From Candidatus Sulfotelmatobacter sp. (GTDB taxonomy: Bacteria; Acidobacteriota; Terriglobia; Acidiferrales; UBA7541), in NCBI GenBank assembly GCA_035624115.1, contig DASPSD010000031.1:25292-89291 (forward strand): a stretch of DNA of 64,000 nucleotides, given 5' to 3'. The notes beneath the pieces are model-generated. The model did no database searches, had not been told where the DNA came from, and saw only the letters and a program-made list of their open reading frames with translations. Of the stretch, positions 1-8,425 are shown in pieces (the first letter of the stretch is position 1; each line of letters starts with the position of its first letter). The translations under genes were made by a program, and so were the position numbers.

Positions 1-1770
1 AGCCGCGTGGACGCGCTGGTGGCGGCCTTGCAGAAAGAATATCCGCAGGATTATCCGGCGCAAAACGGATGGAAAGTGCGGCTGGTGCCGTTGAAGGAGA
101 CGCTGGTCAGCAACGTTCGCCAGTCGTTGATTCTGCTGCTGGGAGCAGTCGGATTGGTGCTGCTGATCGGCTGCGTGAATATCGCCAACTTGCTGCTCGC
201 GCGCGCGAGCGCGAGGGGGCGCGAAATGGCCGTGCGGCAGGCGCTGGGGGCGGCGCGAAGCAGGCTGATGGCGCAATTGCTGACGGAGAGCATGCTGCTT
301 TCGCTGGCCGGCGGAATCATGGGCCTCGGGATTCTCTTTCTCGCGAAGGGGTATCTGCTGCAATTGCTGCCTGAGACCATGCCGCGGTTCAACGAAGTGG
401 CGATCAATTTGCCCGTTCTGCTTTTTGCGCTGGGCGCGTCGATCGCCGCCGGAGCGATTTTCGGGCTGGCGCCCACGCTGCACGCGGGGCGGCTCGATTT
501 GAACCACATGCTCAAACAGGAAGGCCGGGGCACGAAGGGATCCGGGGAACAGGCGCGAACGCGCCGCGGGCTGGTGGTGACAGAATTCGCGCTGTCGCTG
601 GTGTTGATGATCGTGGCGGGGCTTCTGCTGAGAAGCTTCTGGGATTTGTTGAATGTGCGGCCGGGATTCAATCCGCAGAAGGTGACGACGGTGCAAGTAT
701 GGCTGCCGGTGCCGAACGATCCGAAGACCGATATTTATGGAACCGCCGCTCAAGAGGCCGTGTTGCTGCGGGAAGTGCTGCGCCGCGTGCACACGTTGCC
801 CGGAGTGGAGGAGGTTGCCGTGGCGAATCTCCCGGCTCTCCCGCTGGGCCATGGCCGGAACGATCTGAGAACGGTGCCGTTCAATCTGGAAGGCCACGAG
901 ACCGATAGCAACGAGGCTCCGCTGGTGGGATCTTCGATCGTTACGCCGGAATATTTTCACTTGCTGGGAATGACGCTGCTGCGCGGGCGCTTTTTTAACG
1001 ATTTGGACACCGATACGGCGCCGCAGGTGGTGGTGGTCAATGAAGCGTTCGCGCGGACGTACTGGCCAAACGCGAACGCGGCCGGGCAGCGCCTGAAGCT
1101 GCCGGCCCCGGGCGGCCGGAATGAGTTGGCGTGGACGACCGTGATCGGCGTGGCCGCCGATGCGCGAACCGAATCGCTGGCGGAGGCGGCGGTTCCGCAA
1201 ATCTATTACAGCGCGTTTCAGAGGCGGGCAAAGGACCTGGCGATATTCGTGCGCGGACGGATCGACCCGGCAGCAATTCTCGAGCAGGTGCGCGAGCAAG
1301 TGCAGGCGGTGGATGCGGAGCTGCCCGTTTTCGGCGCGCAGTCGCTCAGCGAAACAGTGACCGCGTCGCTGGCGGAGAGGCGATTCGCGATGGAAATGGT
1401 CGGACTGTTCGCGCTGACGGCGCTGCTTCTTGCAGGGCTTGGGATTTACGGAGTAATTTCCTATATCGTGAGCGAGCGCACGCACGAGATCGGGATCCGG
1501 CTCGCGCTGGGCGCGCAGTCGAGGGACATCCTGCGGATGGTGCTCGGGCAGGGGCTCGGGCTGGCGGTGGCCGGCGCGGGTACGGGGTTCATCGGCGCGC
1601 TGATTGTGTCGCACTTGATGGCGGGGCTGCTTTACGGCGTGCGGCCGGCGGATCCGCTGACGTTTGGCGGCGTCACACTGCTTCTGATCGGGGTTGCGCT
1701 GCTGGCGTGTTTTATTCCAGCGCGGCGCGCGACGAAGGTGGATCCGATGTTTACGCTTCGGGAGGCTTGA
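1..1770 (+). CDS. ABC-transporter permease, FtsX/MacB-like (ADOP-type), 5'-truncated by window edge
   Basis: Frame is open from nt 1 (track ORF 7..1770). TM helices flank a large MacB-like periplasmic domain. C-terminal FtsX bundle ends ...FIPARRATKVDPMFTLREA. Confidence 0.85.
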   Translation, partial: SRVDALVAALQKEYPQDYPAQNGWKVRLVPLKETLVSNVRQSLILLLGAVGLVLLIGCVNIANLLLARASARGREMAVRQALGAARSRLMAQLLTESMLLSLAGGIMGLGILFLAKGYLLQLLPETMPRFNEVAINLPVLLFALGASIAAGAIFGLAPTLHAGRLDLNHMLKQEGRGTKGSGEQARTRRGLVVTEFALSLVLMIVAGLLLRSFWDLLNVRPGFNPQKVTTVQVWLPVPNDPKTDIYGTAAQEAVLLREVLRRVHTLPGVEEVAVANLPALPLGHGRNDLRTVPFNLEGHETDSNEAPLVGSSIVTPEYFHLLGMTLLRGRFFNDLDTDTAPQVVVVNEAFARTYWPNANAAGQRLKLPAPGGRNELAWTTVIGVAADARTESLAEAAVPQIYYSAFQRRAKDLAIFVRGRIDPAAILEQVREQVQAVDAELPVFGAQSLSETVTASLAERRFAMEMVGLFALTALLLAGLGIYGVISYIVSERTHEIGIRLALGAQSRDILRMVLGQGLGLAVAGAGTGFIGALIVSHLMAGLLYGVRPADPLTFGGVTLLLIGVALLACFIPARRATKVDPMFTLREA

Positions 1771-1815
1771 GAGCGCGGGTGGTTCGGGCGTGAAGTTGGC
1801 GCCCGCTTTACTCAG

Positions 1816-1875
1816 ATTGAAAACAAAGCGGGAGCAAGCTCCCGCACTCCAAAGGTCTCGAAGGCGGCGCGGGGG
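1816..1875 (+). repeat. RepA hairpin repeat, copy 1 (core attgaaaacaaagcgggagcaagctcccgcactccaaaggtctcg)
   Basis: Perfect 8-bp stem gcgggagc/gctcccgc. The same core is seen at 4548, 6476, 19238 and 24054. Confidence 0.85.
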
Positions 1876-1937
1876 CATTTCGGCGGAGCAAGTACGAGGA
1901 ACATTTCGGCCTGTAAGAAAAGTTAGGAGGGACTCGA

Positions 1938-2512
1938 ATGAAGCGAGTGCGAATTTTTATGGCGATGACGATCATGATGGTGGCAGCGACGGCGGCGCGG
2001 GCGCAGCAGGCGCAAGATCCCACGACGCTCGCTTCCGTGGTGGATCGCGAAATCAGCAACGTCGAAAAGCAGATTGTGGATGTTGCCGAGGCCATGCCGG
2101 AAGACAAATTCAATTTCACTCCGGAAAGTTTGAACATTCCGGGGAGCGATTACAAAGGCGTGCGGTCGTTTGCAGGGCAATTGAAGCACGTGGCTGCTTC
2201 AAACTGGTTCATCTGGTCGCCACTGACCGGCGAAAAGCCGGCGGAGGGCTTGAACGACGGAAACGGGCCGGAGAATTTGAAAACGAAAGCTGAAATCATT
2301 CAGTTTTTGAAAGATTCGTTTGCGCTGGGCCACCGAGCCGCGGCCACGCTGACCGCCGAGAACATGCTGCAAAACCCCGGAAAGAGCAAATCGACGCGGC
2401 TGCGGCTGGCTACATTCGGGGTCGCGCACGCGTACGATCACTAGGGCAAATGGTGGAATATCTGCGAATGAACGGAATCGTGCCGCCCGCCAGCCGGGGG
2501 AAGTCAGATTGA
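1938..2512 (+). pseudogene. DinB-family protein with apparent 1-nt deletion near the 3' end
   Basis: AGGAGG lies 7 nt upstream of ATG 1938, followed by a signal-like N-terminus. The ORF stops at TAG 2442-2444 right after ...GVAHAYDH. The neighbouring frame continues (L)GQMVEYLRMNGIVPPASRGKSD* to 2512, which is the expected DinB C-terminus (H-x-GQ motif). Confidence 0.6.
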
Positions 2513-2516
2513 CGCG

Positions 2517-2729
2517 CTATCCGCCCGCGCCGGCGGCTTGCGCCCGGGCTTCCTGCTTGACGAACACTTTGCTGGCGAGCTCGACCACCTGCTTCAGGTG
2601 CCACCACTCGCGTTCGGTCATGAATCGGCCTTCGCTGCTCGAAAAATAGATAGAGACAAAACTGTCTTCGGAGAGCGGAGTGCGAATCACCAAGAGCGGC
2701 TCGCGTTTTTCTGTCCCCTGTTCCGCCAT
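2517..2729 (-). CDS. small hypothetical protein (70 aa)
   Basis: Track ORF with non-repetitive, protein-like composition. No recognisable family. Confidence 0.35.
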   Translation of the reverse strand: MAEQGTEKREPLLVIRTPLSEDSFVSIYFSSSEGRFMTEREWWHLKQVVELASKVFVKQEARAQAAGAGG

Positions 2730-2877
2730 AATCCCCCCTAATTCGCCGTCGGCGATGGTCCTGAAGAATGGGCAGGACGCTAACTGCTTATATCAGCGCC
2801 GCGTCATAGTGGCAACTGTCGGTTAGTAGGCGGGGGCAGAGGCGGAACAGCAGTGCTGGGTTGAAGCACGGGATGCG

Positions 2878-2968
2878 CTGACCGAGTCAAGCCTCGGTCG
2901 ATTGATTGGTTTTTAGCAGAGGTCCACGGTCAAAAAGCGGCGTCAAGCCGCCGCACTCCAAAAAACCG
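2878..2968 (+). repeat. RepC double-hairpin repeat, copy 1
   Basis: accgagtcaagcctcggt ... gcggcgtcaagccgccgcactccaaaaaa. A near-identical copy lies at 19918-20008. Confidence 0.8.
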
Positions 2969-3082
2969 ATGCCTCCGGCAGCGCTTGCCGAGCTACGATG
3001 TCAACAGAGCAAAAATCCTTGTAAAAGTTTGCTTGGATAAGGTTCGGTGTAAAATGGTTTTGGAAATCGTTGAGGCCATGGA

Positions 3083-3310
3083 ATGCCTATCTACGAATAC
3101 ATCTGCAATGATTGCGGCGAGCGATACGAGCGGCTGGTGATGAGCCAGAAGCAGGCCATCACGTGCCCGAAATGCGCGAGCGGCAAGCACACTCTACAGC
3201 TTTCCGTCTTTGCGGCGCCATCGAACGGAAAATCTTCCGCTGGTTCTTCCACCTCGGCGTCCTCCAGCGGTTCTTGCGGGTGCACGCCTCGATCCTGCGG
3301 CTGCCACTGA
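3083..3310 (+). CDS. FmdB-family zinc-ribbon protein
   Basis: MPIYEYICNDCGERYE...ITCPKCAS (CxxC...CxxC) followed by a Ser/Gly/Cys-rich tail, typical of the CxxC_CxxC_SSSS family. Confidence 0.85.
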   Translation: MPIYEYICNDCGERYERLVMSQKQAITCPKCASGKHTLQLSVFAAPSNGKSSAGSSTSASSSGSCGCTPRSCGCH

Positions 3311-3320
3311 CCGCGGGCGA

Positions 3321-3713
3321 ATGAGGCGGATCGCGAGACTCGGCCCGCGATTTTTGCTGCCGGTCGAAATTTCGAAAAAGGTGGGCCCGCTCGATCTGGA
3401 TTTCGAAGGCGGCTATTTTTTCCCCTGGCACGGGCCTTACGAAAGAATTCTCGGGTTTGTGGCGGGGCACCAGATGACACCGCGCCTCGAACTGGACGTT
3501 GAGATTTATAATGACCGCGCCATGGCTGCGCTGCCGCACGATACGACGTTCGACTTTGGCGGGCGCTACAAGCTGCACAAAGGATTCATTCTTCTGTTCA
3601 TGGCCGGGCGCACTTTCAGCGGCAATTGGAGCGGGCAGCCGGAATTCCTGGGATATTTCGGAATTCAGATCCTCTGGAGCAACTACGGGCGCGAGCTGAC
3701 GCCCGAGCCTTAG
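3321..3713 (+). CDS. hypothetical protein, beta-barrel-like C-terminal fragment (possibly truncated outer-membrane protein)
   Basis: In-frame ATG at 3321 inside track ORF 3210..3713, whose upstream part overlaps the FmdB gene. Alternating aromatic/polar pattern ending ...FGIQILWSNYGRE. No clear signal peptide. Confidence 0.4.
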   Translation: MRRIARLGPRFLLPVEISKKVGPLDLDFEGGYFFPWHGPYERILGFVAGHQMTPRLELDVEIYNDRAMAALPHDTTFDFGGRYKLHKGFILLFMAGRTFSGNWSGQPEFLGYFGIQILWSNYGRELTPEP

Positions 3714-3782
3714 CCCCGCGCGCCATTTCCGCGACGTGCCGGGGGCAGGATGAAGCTCGACAAACTTGGCGCGTGCTCTCGG

Positions 3783-4421
3783 TTACCGGCTCAAGCTTTC
3801 ACGGTGGAAGAGCGCGGGTGCATAGATTTGCAGGGGCGCGGGGCGAGCGGTCGAGCCCCCTGCGCCGGGGCCGGGCGAGCCCGCGAGGCCCGCGATATTG
3901 CACTGCGCCGTGGTCGCCCCCATTACGATTTGCGGAACGGTCCAAAACGCGGGAGCGAATTCCCACGGGTCTGAGCCCTTGAACCAGCGGTTCATCCACA
4001 GGTGGTTCACGCCGATCACTGCCAGGCCCATCCCCGCGGAGAGCGAATAGACTCCGAAATTCGAAGGGCGCCTGCCAATCAAGAAACGCGTGAACCCGTC
4101 AGCTTCGAACGCGGTTCCGGTGTGGATGCCGTGAACCGTGGTGGCCGCATCGGCCATGCGCGCCAGCATCAACCCTGTGCCCATGGCGAATTCCGACTTG
4201 TGCTCGAGCGGGTAGGATGCGATGCGACGGAGCAGACTGCGCTCCTTTGCTGGGCGGCTGACCACAGCGGCGTTAGTGGCCGCCGAGGCAGTGCCGGAGA
4301 GATCGGCGGGGGGAGCCGGAGGAGTGGAGGCAAGGTTGAGAGTTGCGTTCTGCGCTCGCGCGATTCCCGTTGCGGAACTGATGGCCGCGGCAAATATCAA
4401 AATGGCCTTAGAAAACCTCAT
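3783..4421 (-). CDS. secreted hypothetical protein
   Basis: N-terminal signal peptide MRFSKAILIFAAAISSATGIARA|Q. No recognisable family. Confidence 0.55.
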   Translation of the reverse strand: MRFSKAILIFAAAISSATGIARAQNATLNLASTPPAPPADLSGTASAATNAAVVSRPAKERSLLRRIASYPLEHKSEFAMGTGLMLARMADAATTVHGIHTGTAFEADGFTRFLIGRRPSNFGVYSLSAGMGLAVIGVNHLWMNRWFKGSDPWEFAPAFWTVPQIVMGATTAQCNIAGLAGSPGPGAGGSTARPAPLQIYAPALFHRESLSR

Positions 4422-4547
4422 CTTTATGCCCTCTGCCCATCTCTTGCACGGGGGATTCCACTGCGGCGATGGTGAAAAGGAAATGAGGCGCGAGCTTTCA
4501 GGCGCTCCGCGCGGCCTAAAGGCGAATTGCAGAATTCAATTTTGAAA

Positions 4548-4732
4548 TGGCTCTGTTGAGATCCTCGCGAATTCGGCTGAGCCCCGGTGCTGGCGCGGGT
4601 TGTACCGGAATTGAAAACAAAGCGGGAGCAAGCTCCCGCACTCCAAAGGTCTCGGAGGCGGCGCGGAGAGTATGGGCAGCGGTTCGGAAATTGGCAGCGC
4701 GGGCACGGCATGCCGTGCCCCTACGAGAAACA
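4548..4732 (+). repeat. RepA repeat, copy 2 (extended form with left and right arms)
   Basis: Core hairpin plus a left arm shared with copy 24054 and a right arm (gggcagcg...ggcagcgcgggcacgg) shared with copies 6476 and 24054. Confidence 0.85.
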
Positions 4733-4747
4733 CCCAAGTCATCCTGC

Positions 4748-5398
4748 TCAGCGCGAGTAGTTTTTCGCGTAGGCGGGCGGGTCGAGGGCCTGCTTCAATG
4801 CGGGATCGGGGATGGGCGCGGCCGGAACGAGCTTGAGGGGAACGACGCCGGCCCAAATCGGAAGCGAGTAATCTGCTTCGTCGTCCTTGGGAGGGCCGGT
4901 GCGAACTTTCGCTGAACATTCCTGAAGCGGAAGGGCGAGCACGGAGGTGGCTTTCAGCTCGGATTCGGTGGGCTGGCGGACATCGTCCCATCGGCCGTGA
5001 ACGATGTGATTCGTGAAGGCAGTGAGCGCCTGCAATTTTTCGGCGGGATCTTCCACCAGCCGCGCCTTGCCGAGGATCACCACCGAGCGGTAATTCATCG
5101 AATGATGAAAAGCCGAGCGCGCGAGGACCAGTCCATCGAGAAGCGTCACGGTGACGCACACGGGCACGCCGCCGGCCAGCGTGCGAAGCAGGCGGCTCGC
5201 TGCCGAGCCGTGAATGTAAACGGTCTCTCCCACGCGGGCGTAGCCGGTGGGGATCACGTAAGGCTGGTCATCGGCCACGAAGCCGATGTGGCAGACAAGC
5301 CCTTCATCGAGAATTCGGAAAATGGTTTCCGAGTCGTAGGCGCCGCGGGCGGGCAGCCGGCGGACCTGGGTGCGTTCGGTGGGCGTAAATTGAGTCAT
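4748..5398 (-). CDS. pyridoxamine 5'-phosphate oxidase-family (FMN-binding split barrel) protein
   Basis: RRLPARGAYDSETIFRILDEGLVCHIGF...YIHGSAASR...RSAFHHSMNYRSVVILG, typical of the Pyridox_ox_2 family. Confidence 0.8.
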   Translation of the reverse strand: MTQFTPTERTQVRRLPARGAYDSETIFRILDEGLVCHIGFVADDQPYVIPTGYARVGETVYIHGSAASRLLRTLAGGVPVCVTVTLLDGLVLARSAFHHSMNYRSVVILGKARLVEDPAEKLQALTAFTNHIVHGRWDDVRQPTESELKATSVLALPLQECSAKVRTGPPKDDEADYSLPIWAGVVPLKLVPAAPIPDPALKQALDPPAYAKNYSR

Positions 5399-5487
5399 CC
5401 GATCAGCCTAGAGACCTCCGGCGGCTGGCGCAAGAGCCAATCTGGATGGGTTAGAATGGTCGCGACAATCGGAGAGGCAGGTGCGGC

Positions 5488-6171
5488 ATGGCGGATCGGG
5501 CGGGGATTTTTTCCAGCGACATTTTCAAATTTTTTCGCGAGCTGGGGCGCAACAACCATAAATCCTGGATGGACGCGAACCGCGAGCGTTACAAATCGGC
5601 CGTGGTCGCGCCCTTCCGCGTGCTGCTCGAGAAACTCTCGCCCGCGGCGCGGGAGCTGAATCCGCGTTTCGGCACTTCGGGCCGCGTGGGAGAAAATTTT
5701 TCGCGCATCAACCGCGATATCCGCTTCGCGCAGGATAAATCGCCCTACCGCTCGCAGATGTACCTGCTGTTCCGGGAGCCGGAGGGCGAAGCGGGCGAGC
5801 TCTACGTGGGCGTTTCGGCCGAGAGCGTCACGTCCGGATTCCGCATCTACGGCACCGGCAAGACGTCCGCTCTTGCGCAGATGGCGCGCCCGCGCGGAAA
5901 CGAAAATTTCAAATGGGTCGAAAAGCAGAAAGGCCGGCTGGGGAAGAAGTACGAAAGCTATTGGTATTCTTCCGAAAAAGGCGAGTGGACGAAGCACTCC
6001 GGCTGGCCCGTGAAGCCGGAGGATTGGAAAAAGATGCAGGGCTGGGTGGTGCGTCGCAAGCTGGCCACGGGCGCGGCCACGCGAAGCGGACTCGAACGGG
6101 AAACGGCGAAGATCTTTCGCGAAGTGTATCCGCTTTATCGGTTCACGTCGGCGGCAGATTGGAAGCCGTAA
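5488..6171 (+). CDS. DUF2461 (TIGR02453) family protein
   Basis: FFRELGRNNHKSWMDANRERY...FSRINRDIRFAQDKSPYRSQMY signature. Confidence 0.8.
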   Translation: MADRAGIFSSDIFKFFRELGRNNHKSWMDANRERYKSAVVAPFRVLLEKLSPAARELNPRFGTSGRVGENFSRINRDIRFAQDKSPYRSQMYLLFREPEGEAGELYVGVSAESVTSGFRIYGTGKTSALAQMARPRGNENFKWVEKQKGRLGKKYESYWYSSEKGEWTKHSGWPVKPEDWKKMQGWVVRRKLATGAATRSGLERETAKIFREVYPLYRFTSAADWKP

Positions 6172-6190
6172 GCGGGAAGGAGCGAATTTT

Positions 6191-6370
6191 ATGCCCATGA
6201 GCCGCGAACAGGCGCGCAGCGAACACACGTCCAAGACAGGCCACGATCAGTTCAGCGAGACGATTTACGGAGTCGTCTGCGCCGGCTGCCACAACTATAT
6301 TCTTATCGACAAGACCAATTGCGCGTCCACATGCCGGGAGCATGAAACGTGCCGCCGGGCGTATTCGTGA
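6191..6370 (+). CDS. small Cys-rich protein (59 aa), below the ORF-track length cutoff
   Basis: GGAAGGAG lies 8 nt upstream of ATG 6191. Translation is MPMSREQARSEHTSKTGHDQFSETIYGVVCAGCHNYILIDKTNCASTCREHETCRRAYS*. Confidence 0.4.
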   Translation: MPMSREQARSEHTSKTGHDQFSETIYGVVCAGCHNYILIDKTNCASTCREHETCRRAYS

Positions 6371-6475
6371 GTGCCTGCTCTCGGGGTTCGAAAGCCATGA
6401 GTGCCGATGCCATTACGGAGACCGACGCGGACACAGGTTTAGCTCAGGTAGTGAACTTGGCTGAAGCTGTGCCTA

Positions 6476-6612
6476 GATTGAGAACAAAGCGGGAGCAAGC
6501 TCCCGCACTCCAAAGATCTCGGAGGCGGTGCCTAGAACTCGGGCAGCGTCGTGGTAAGGGGCAGCGCGGGCACGGTCCGCCGGACTGCCGGTGGATGCCC
6601 CTACAGAGAAAA
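6476..6612 (+). repeat. RepA repeat, copy 3
   Basis: agattgagaacaaagcgggagcaagctcccgcactccaaagatctcgg plus the shared right arm. Confidence 0.85.
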
Positions 6613-6615
6613 GCG

Positions 6616-8157
6616 TCACCCCTTGCCCATGCCACGCGCGAGGCGGCTGTGCGTGCGTCCATAACCCAAATAAATGGCCATTCCGATGATGAGCCACACG
6701 ATCAAGCGCAGCCAGGTGGCCCGCGAGAGGCTCAGCATCAGAATCAAGGGGATTCCCATCCCGAGGATGGGGACCAGCGGCACGAGCGGCGCCTTGAATG
6801 GCCGGGGCAAATCCGGCCGGCGCACGCGCAAAATCCAAACGCCCGCGCTCACGATCGCAAAGGCAAGGAGCGTCCCGATCGAAGTCAGCTCACTCAGCAC
6901 ATTGATGGGAAGAAGACTCCCGAGCAGCGCAACGAAAAACCCCACGACGATGGTAGAGATCCACGGGGTGCGGAATCTTGGGTGCACGCGCCCGGCCCAG
7001 GGTGGCAGCAGGCCGTCGCGCGACATCGAGTATTGGACGCGGGATTGCCCCAAAAGCATGACGAGCATCGCCGAGGTGAGGCCCGCAAACGTGCCCAGCA
7101 TCACGAGCGTGCTGCCCCAGCTTGCGCCGGTGGCTTCAATTCCAAGCGCGACGGGCGCGGCCGTGTTCAGCTGGGTGTAGCTCACAACTCCCGTGAGCAT
7201 GGCACCCAGAGCGACGTACAAGACCGTACAAATCGCGAGCGAGCCCAGAATTCCGATGGGCATGTCTCGCTGCGGATTTCGCGCCTCCTGTGCGGCTGTG
7301 GAAACGGCGTCGAAGCCGATGTAAGCGAAAAAAATCACACCCGCACCGCGCGCTACGCCGGACCATCCGAATTGCCCGAACTTGCCCAGGTTCGGCGGAA
7401 TGAACGGGCGCCAGTGGGCCGCCGCGACCGACGGGTGCTGGAGAAGGAACGCCGCCGCAACAAAGATGAATGTGAGCACGGTGCCGACTTTGATGATCAC
7501 GATGGCGGAGTTGACGTTGGCGGACTCACGTATGCCCAGAACCAAAATCATCGTAATCAGCGCGGTCACAAGATAGGCAGGCAAGTCCATGATTCCGTGC
7601 GCATGCGGAAGTGTCTCGGGGCGGATCCCGGCATGATCGAGCAGCGGCTGGACCGTCGCAAGCGGCGACCATTTGCCGGCGTAGAAAACCAGGAGCGTGC
7701 CTGGAGTAGCGATGAGCTGGGGTGGGATTTGAATTCCGAAACTCTGCAGCAACGCCACCAGGTTGCCGCTCCAGCCAGCCGCCACGACCGCGTCGCCGAA
7801 GGCGTACTCGATGATGAGGTCCCAGCCGATAATCCAGGCAAAGATTTCGCCCAGGGTCGCATAGGCGTATGTGTACGCAGATCCGGCGACAGGAATCAGC
7901 GAAGCAAACTCGGCGTAGCAAAGACCGGCAAAGAAACAGCCGATTCCCGCAAAAATGAAAGAGAGGACGATCGCCGGGCCGGCAAAATTCGCCGCCACGG
8001 TTCCCGTCAGGACAAAGATTCCCGCGCCGATAATCGCGCCGATTCCCAGGGTGACCAGGTTCAGCGGGCCGAGCACGCGCTTCAGATCGGTTTCGCCCTG
8101 ATGGCGGGCTTCGTCCATCAGCGCTTCGAGCCGCTTGGTTGCCAGCAAATCAGTCAC
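6616..8157 (-). CDS. APC-superfamily amino acid permease (cationic amino acid transporter-like)
   Basis: LNLVTLGIGAIIGAGIFVLTG signature and about 12 or more TM helices. Start is uncertain: GTG 8157 (VTDLLATKRLEAL...) or ATG 8118. Confidence 0.85.
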   Translation of the reverse strand: MTDLLATKRLEALMDEARHQGETDLKRVLGPLNLVTLGIGAIIGAGIFVLTGTVAANFAGPAIVLSFIFAGIGCFFAGLCYAEFASLIPVAGSAYTYAYATLGEIFAWIIGWDLIIEYAFGDAVVAAGWSGNLVALLQSFGIQIPPQLIATPGTLLVFYAGKWSPLATVQPLLDHAGIRPETLPHAHGIMDLPAYLVTALITMILVLGIRESANVNSAIVIIKVGTVLTFIFVAAAFLLQHPSVAAAHWRPFIPPNLGKFGQFGWSGVARGAGVIFFAYIGFDAVSTAAQEARNPQRDMPIGILGSLAICTVLYVALGAMLTGVVSYTQLNTAAPVALGIEATGASWGSTLVMLGTFAGLTSAMLVMLLGQSRVQYSMSRDGLLPPWAGRVHPRFRTPWISTIVVGFFVALLGSLLPINVLSELTSIGTLLAFAIVSAGVWILRVRRPDLPRPFKAPLVPLVPILGMGIPLILMLSLSRATWLRLIVWLIIGMAIYLGYGRTHSRLARGMGKG

Positions 8158-8425
8158 GGATTTCCTTGATTGGAGCGGGATGCCATGCCCCCGAAGGGCA
8201 ACGCCGAAGCACGTGGAAGCTGGGTGCATTGTACTGGGATTGTTGTGGCAAGTTCCCGCCGCTTTGTGCTATCTGTGTTTTGTGAGCAGTCATTGTCACC
8301 TTCGCTCGCCGCAAGTCTTTCGCTCGCCGCATACCTTGTTCCGGCTGCTGAGCTATACTGCGAGCTACTTCTAGCCAGCTTCATGCGCTCTCCTCTCTCT
8401 CTGCACGTGTGTTTCTAAAATCTTT

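Noticed and set aside
3210-3320. Upstream extension of ORF 3210..3713
   Set aside because: It overlaps the well-supported FmdB zinc-ribbon gene in another frame and translates to Pro/Arg-rich filler. The internal ATG 3321 was taken instead.
6349-8169. 606-aa ORF on the + strand, the longest ORF in this region
   Set aside because: It is exactly antisense to a convincing APC permease. Its translation is Arg/His/Gly/Asp-rich, low-complexity and family-less, and its 5' part runs through the RepA repeat. This is a typical high-GC antisense artefact.
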